64,000 nucleotides of DNA, taken from NCBI GenBank assembly GCA_963765675.1, contig CAVXXK010000014.1, positions 32,001 to 96,000 on the forward strand. Reading direction: 5' to 3'. Within the stretch, counting starts at the first letter, position 1, and each line of letters begins with the position of its first letter. Origin of the DNA: an uncultured delta proteobacterium. Its GTDB lineage: Bacteria > Desulfobacterota > Binatia > Binatales > Binataceae. Positions 59,229-64,000 of the stretch are shown one piece after another. Under the pieces are notes generated by a model that searched no databases, was not told the DNA's origin, and saw only the letters and a program-made list of their open reading frames with translations. The position numbers and the translations under genes were made by a program.

Positions 59229-60152
59229 TCATTTCTCGCCGAGAGCCCAGGTCTTGATTAGATGATGCGCGATCGCGAGCGGTGGAGGCACGCGGATGCC
59301 GTCGACCTGCTTGCCTTCGATCAGCTTGCGCGCGGTGCTGCGCTCGATCCATCGCACCTCGGCGAGCTCAGTCTCGTCCGCCTTCACATCGCGGCTTTCG
59401 GCCTTGGCGAAACATCCGATCATCAGCGACGAGGGAAAGGGCCACGGCTGCGTCGCGTAGTAAGTCACCTCGCCGACCTTCACCGATGCTTCTTCCATCA
59501 GCTCGCGCCGCACCGCTTCTTCGACCGTTTCGCCGGGCTCGACAAAGCCCGCCAGCGCGGAGAACATCCCCGGCGGAAATAGCTTGCCGCGTCCGATCAG
59601 GCACGCCTCGCCGTCGGTTGCGAGCATGATGACGACGGGATCGACGCGCGGAAAATGCTCGGCGCTGCAGTTGCTGCACAGACGCCTGTATCCCGCGTCC
59701 ATCAGCTTGGTTGGAGTGCCGCAGCGAGGGCAGAAGCCGTGACGCTGATGCCAATCAATCATCGCCTTCGCCTGCGCGATCATCGCAGCGTGTTCGAGCG
59801 ATACCGTCGCCGCAGCAACGCGAGCATCACGGAAATATCCGAGTCCGGCGAGCGGTCCGGTGTTCGCCGGGTCACCGGCCTCGGACACGTCGAGCGCAAA
59901 CACGGCACGGTCGCCGTCGAGGCCGAGAAAGATACACGCCGCTCCGTCGCTCGCGAGCGAATCCACAACTTCGGGACTGAGCAGCCCGAGTCCGACCGTG
60001 TCATCCGAGATCTTCGCTTCGATCAGAAAAGGCTCCAGCCGCCACATCGGAAGAATCAGCGACGAGGGATCGCGCCGTTTGGACTCGATCCATTTTTGAT
60101 CGGTGCGCTTTTCACTCGCGCGATTAAGCGGATTGCCGGAAAACGGAATCAT
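59229..60152 (-). CDS. nudC: NADH pyrophosphatase / NAD-cap decapping Nudix hydrolase
   Basis: Zn ribbon CPRC..CSNC, Nudix box GFVEPGETVEEAVRRELMEE, TQPWPFPSSLM. Confidence 0.95.
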   Translation of the reverse strand: MIPFSGNPLNRASEKRTDQKWIESKRRDPSSLILPMWRLEPFLIEAKISDDTVGLGLLSPEVVDSLASDGAACIFLGLDGDRAVFALDVSEAGDPANTGPLAGLGYFRDARVAAATVSLEHAAMIAQAKAMIDWHQRHGFCPRCGTPTKLMDAGYRRLCSNCSAEHFPRVDPVVIMLATDGEACLIGRGKLFPPGMFSALAGFVEPGETVEEAVRRELMEEASVKVGEVTYYATQPWPFPSSLMIGCFAKAESRDVKADETELAEVRWIERSTARKLIEGKQVDGIRVPPPLAIAHHLIKTWALGEK

Positions 60153-60252
60153 TCAGCTTCTCCAGGGGCAAGGCCTCACGAAATAAGTCTGACGCTCCCC
60201 GCCAACCTAGTCTTATTCGGCGGCAAATTGCACGTGCGAACAGAATCGACGC

Positions 60253-61026
60253 TCAGCCGCCGGTTGGGTGGGAGGCTCCTCCGTCGACCGTCAGGATTGC
60301 ACCGGTGGTGAAGCTCGCGGCGTCGCTTGCGAGGTATAGTGCTGCACCGACAATCTCAGTCGCGTCGCCGGCGCGGCGCATTGGAAAGCTGCTCGAGCGG
60401 GTTTTGAATTCCTCGGTATGCGCCCACACCGTGCTCACGTCGGTCAGAAACGGTCCCGCCATGATGCAATTGACGCGCACCTTCGGACCGTATTCCTGCG
60501 CGAACGCGATCGTGATCGCGTTCAGTCCGGCCTTTGCCGCTGAGTAGGGCGTGGTAGTGCGAGAGGGACGAACGGCTGCGGTCGAAGATACATTTATGAT
60601 CGCGCCTCCGTCGCCGGCCGCCATCCGCGAACCGAACAGCGCCGACAATCTGAATGGCCCCTTGAGGTTTACCCCTACGACCTTGTCGAATAGTTCCTCC
60701 GTATGCTCGGCGAGAGAAGGATAAAGCGGCGACATACCGGCGTTGTTGATTAGTACGTCGCATCGGCTCCATCGTGCATAAACCTCGTCGACGAGCCGAT
60801 CACAGTCGTCCCACTTGCCAACATGCACGGCGTGCGCGGAACCTTCGGCGCCGAGCGCGCGGATTTCCTTAACCGTGGCCTCGCACGCTTCCAGCTTGCG
60901 GCTCGCGATCGCGACGTTTGCGCCCGCCCGCGCAAAAGCTAGCGCCATCGCGTGGCCCAGACCGCGGCTACCGCCGGTGATCGCGACTACTTTTCTCTTG
61001 AAATCATAAATTGGCTCTATACTCAC
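60253..61026 (-). CDS. Short-chain dehydrogenase/reductase
   Basis: TGGSRGLG, NNAG, YSAAK. Confidence 0.94.
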   Translation of the reverse strand: MSIEPIYDFKRKVVAITGGSRGLGHAMALAFARAGANVAIASRKLEACEATVKEIRALGAEGSAHAVHVGKWDDCDRLVDEVYARWSRCDVLINNAGMSPLYPSLAEHTEELFDKVVGVNLKGPFRLSALFGSRMAAGDGGAIINVSSTAAVRPSRTTTPYSAAKAGLNAITIAFAQEYGPKVRVNCIMAGPFLTDVSTVWAHTEEFKTRSSSFPMRRAGDATEIVGAALYLASDAASFTTGAILTVDGGASHPTGG

Positions 61027-61066
61027 AATTGTGCATTGACCTCATTCACGATCAGGATTGGTATAA

Positions 61067-62068
61067 CTAAATTATAGTAGTAATTACCGGCTCTGAGGTG
61101 GCTAGCTCCGGCAGAACATGATCGGTGAAAGAAAGAAAAGTCTCATGGCTCAGTGGAGCGGTGATCATGTAATCGAGATGAATCTTTTCATTCAAACGCC
61201 TGATCTGATCGACTACACTTTCCGCGGTGCCATGAATCACCATCTGATCGACGTATTTCTGGAGTAGCGTTGCGCTGTCGCCGCGTTCGCCCTGCGGATT
61301 GACATAAGTGCGGAGCATGAATTTGGACCCCTCGCGCGCCACCTCGGTCGCTTCCGCTTCGGTGCGAGCGATCGCCACCAGCCGAACTGTCGGAGTAACG
61401 CGCCCTTCGATGCTGTGGCCGTGCTCGATCATCAGCCTGCGCCAGGTCTCCATCTTTTCCCCGATGACTGAGGTTGGCGAATGAGGATCGAGCATAATCG
61501 AATATCCCTGTTCCGCGGCCCATTCGACTGCCGACGGAGAATAAGCCGCGACCCACATGGGGGGATGCGGCTGCTGCAACGGTTTCGGCAGCAACTCGAT
61601 ATTCTCGAACGAAAAATATTTTCCATGATAACTGACGCGCTGGTTGCGCCACGCACTCAGGACTATTTCCACCGATTCGCGAAACCGCGGATAGCTTTCC
61701 TCAGGCGTCATCCCGAAAGTGCGGAATTCCTTCGGATCGAATCCGCGTCCCGCGCCCCAATAGACTCGTCCTCCGGATAGAATGTCCAGCAACGCAACTT
61801 CTTCCGCGAGGCGCAGCGGATGATAGAAAGCCGCAAGGGTGACTCCGGTCGCGATGTGCAGCTTTTTCGTGCGTGCCGCCGCATACGCGCCCATCACCGG
61901 GATCGAAGGACAGACGCTGTAGTCATTGAAGTGGTGTTCGGTGATCCATACGGCGTCGTAGCCGCCGCGATCCATGATCTCGATTCGCTGCAGAGCCCGT
62001 TCGTAGACGGTCGGCATCGAAATCCGCCGATCGGGCCAACTAAAGAACTGTAAAACGCCAAACTTCAT
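61067..62068 (-). CDS. Luciferase-like (LLM) flavin-dependent oxidoreductase
   Basis: WITEHHF, HPLRLAEE, LDILSGGR, PKPLQQPHPP. Confidence 0.93.
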   Translation of the reverse strand: MKFGVLQFFSWPDRRISMPTVYERALQRIEIMDRGGYDAVWITEHHFNDYSVCPSIPVMGAYAAARTKKLHIATGVTLAAFYHPLRLAEEVALLDILSGGRVYWGAGRGFDPKEFRTFGMTPEESYPRFRESVEIVLSAWRNQRVSYHGKYFSFENIELLPKPLQQPHPPMWVAAYSPSAVEWAAEQGYSIMLDPHSPTSVIGEKMETWRRLMIEHGHSIEGRVTPTVRLVAIARTEAEATEVAREGSKFMLRTYVNPQGERGDSATLLQKYVDQMVIHGTAESVVDQIRRLNEKIHLDYMITAPLSHETFLSFTDHVLPELATSEPVITTII

Positions 62069-62107
62069 GATTGCACCCGCGGCGCGTCCCGGCTGGTTTC
62101 GGCGGGT

Positions 62108-63364
62108 CTAGTCAGCGCCTGCCAGAATCACGCGCTTTTGTTTTTCGTTGAATGCCTGCAGGCGATGCATGTAGTCGAACCGCACATAGTCGCGTCCGGC
62201 CGCCGACATCTTGTCGAACCAGTCGTCCTCGCCCAGCATCTCCGCGAGCCGCGGCGAATTCCGATGCAGCATCTGCACGTCAGTTTTTTTAGGCTCAAGG
62301 CTGCGCAAAATTCCGCGATTGAAATGCGCGTGCAGCGTCACTCGATCTCCCGGCTCCGTGCGGTCGCCTTGCCAATGCCACACGCCGTGCGTGAAGAAGA
62401 CGACCGAGCCCTTGGGCATCTCGATCGGCACCCCACCTTCGCTGTGTTCACCGGGCCGGGGTGGACGGCGCAGCTTGTGACTGCCCGGCACGAGCCAGGT
62501 GGGACCGGATTCGATCCGCCAATCCTCCAGCGCCCAAACACCGACCCCGGTCAGAGAGAATTCAGGATAAGGCTCGGGCACATGCGCGTAGTCGGTATGC
62601 ATTGGAATGACGCCAGGTCCCGGCGCCTTCTTGATGCTGCTGAACGAAGCGATTACGGCGCCGCGGCCAAGCGAGGCATCGATGAGCGTCATCAGCAGCG
62701 GATTCTGTATGAGCTGCTCGAATTCGCGCCCATGATAGAGCATCCAGTTCATCGAGAAAGTCTGATGCGGCAGCAACGCGCGTAAGGTCGCGTTGCGGAC
62801 CTCATCTGCGAACTTCGGAGAGATCGCGTGCTCGAGAACGGTGTAGCCCTTCTCCTCCATTTCGCGGATCTTGGCCGTGAGGCCCTGCCGCGCCGCGCGA
62901 TGCGCGAGATCCGGATTCTCGACGGTGCGCCGGCCCATATGGTCGTGCAGGATCGCGATTATCTCGCTCGCCTGCCCGTCGAGCGCGCCTTTCACGTGGA
63001 GTGCGTCCTTTCCGAACATGGTTGCGACTTCGCGCCCCATCGCCGTCATCGCACCCGGAGCCAGCACCCCCACAAACTGCGCGGCGGTCAGCGCGGCCTG
63101 ATAATCGCCCTCGACCACTAGGTCGGCTGATTCATTGAAATCGCGCGAGACGCGGACATTCTCGCCGTCGTAACGCATACCCCAGGCCGCAACATCGTTG
63201 CCAAACTTGAGATGCGGGGGCGCATTCGTGAAACGCTCGCTGACTGAAAAGGAGCGTCCGGCAAGTTGCTCCTTGCGGTTTTTGCATTCTCGATCCAGGA
63301 ATTTTCTCGCGTCATCAAGCCAGGCATCTGACAGAAACTCAAATCGATTCGGCAGCGTGATCAT
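62108..63364 (-). CDS. Phytanoyl-CoA dioxygenase (PhyH) family protein with SCP2-like N-terminal domain
   Basis: HTD...GPTWLVPGSH...WH...DR Fe/2OG motifs; N-terminal FLSDAWL...ADLVVEGDY. Confidence 0.85.
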   Translation of the reverse strand: MITLPNRFEFLSDAWLDDARKFLDRECKNRKEQLAGRSFSVSERFTNAPPHLKFGNDVAAWGMRYDGENVRVSRDFNESADLVVEGDYQAALTAAQFVGVLAPGAMTAMGREVATMFGKDALHVKGALDGQASEIIAILHDHMGRRTVENPDLAHRAARQGLTAKIREMEEKGYTVLEHAISPKFADEVRNATLRALLPHQTFSMNWMLYHGREFEQLIQNPLLMTLIDASLGRGAVIASFSSIKKAPGPGVIPMHTDYAHVPEPYPEFSLTGVGVWALEDWRIESGPTWLVPGSHKLRRPPRPGEHSEGGVPIEMPKGSVVFFTHGVWHWQGDRTEPGDRVTLHAHFNRGILRSLEPKKTDVQMLHRNSPRLAEMLGEDDWFDKMSAAGRDYVRFDYMHRLQAFNEKQKRVILAGAD

Positions 63365-63558
63365 CGGTCTCCCTCATCCTGCGGCGACGTATAGCACAGA
63401 CATCTGCACGACGGTTACATTCCGCCTCGTTCGGACCGGTTCACGTTAATCGCGAGTATTTTGGGCATCTATCTGTCTAGAGATGGCCTATTTGTCCTAA
63501 ACCGCGCGAATAGGCACAAGTCGCCGGACAAGCTAAACTCGTCTTGGCGCAACGGGGA

Positions 63559-64000
63559 TTGAGTATCGCAACGAAAAAACACCTTAAAAGCGCGATACTG
63601 CCCGTCATTTGCGCTTTGATCGTGCTGATGGGCGGCAGGGCTGCCATGGCGGCTGGCTCAGGCACGCGCTTGCTGGTCACCACTGCTATCAACGAAAACG
63701 CCCTCGTCACGCTTGCCGGCAACACGCGCCACGAGGCGAACCGCGCGAATGATCGCGGACCGGTGGCTGCGAACTTTGCGATGGAGCACATGATGCTCCA
63801 GTTGCGGCGCTCTCCAGAACAGGAGCAAGCACTCGGAAAATACCTCGACGAGCTCGAAGATCCCAGTTCGCCGAACTACCATCGCTGGCTCACGGCGCAG
63901 GAATTCGGCGAACAGTACGGACTCGCTGGCCAGGACCTCTCGAAAATTTCGGATTGGCTTGCTTTACACGGGCTCAGCGTCAATACGGTCTATCCCAGCC
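63559..64000 (+). CDS. Secreted S53 (sedolisin/kumamolisin) peptidase, signal peptide and pro-domain (runs off window end)
   Basis: Manual translation: LVTLAGNT, NDRG, MMLQLRRSPEQEQAL, DPSSPNYHRWLTAQEFGEQYG; start codon (TTG 63559) uncertain. Confidence 0.88.
   Translation, partial: MSIATKKHLKSAILPVICALIVLMGGRAAMAAGSGTRLLVTTAINENALVTLAGNTRHEANRANDRGPVAANFAMEHMMLQLRRSPEQEQALGKYLDELEDPSSPNYHRWLTAQEFGEQYGLAGQDLSKISDWLALHGLSVNTVYPS

Overview
GC-rich bacterial chromosome segment. Gene content (many SDR, LLM, AurF, PhyH, CoA-transferase and Crp proteins; pgpA-cinA context) resembles soil Binatota/Deltaproteobacteria-like genomes, but that assignment is inference only. Three parts. (1) Core-like region, 1-10.4 kb: cinA, a GH3 glycosidase, pgpA, a deoxyhypusine-synthase-like gene, cysQ, a CoA transferase, a diiron protein and tRNA-Ser(CGA). 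(2) An apparently more AT-rich accessory block starting right after the tRNA, about 10.4-55.5 kb, with no intact integrase. It holds an RcnR / P1B-ATPase / PhoU metal module, an AurF-like module, a tRNA-like structured element, xth, a Wzx/Wzy-type exopolysaccharide locus with an exosortase-EpsI fusion, PEP-CTERM substrate(s) and many tailoring enzymes, two tandem secreted GH50-like paralogs, a deleted pfkB pseudogene and a Crp regulator. (3) A MerR-redoxin module and catabolic oxidoreductases, ending in a truncated S53 protease. The most notable observations are: the GH50-like pair, where one copy has Glu->Ala at the inferred catalytic nucleophile; a P1B ATPase with a non-canonical single-Cys metal motif downstream of a Ni/Co-type RcnR; a tRNA-Ser-like element with a compensated acceptor stem; and a second, non-PEP candidate sorting signal beside the exosortase. 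All calls come from motif recognition by eye; no searches were run.
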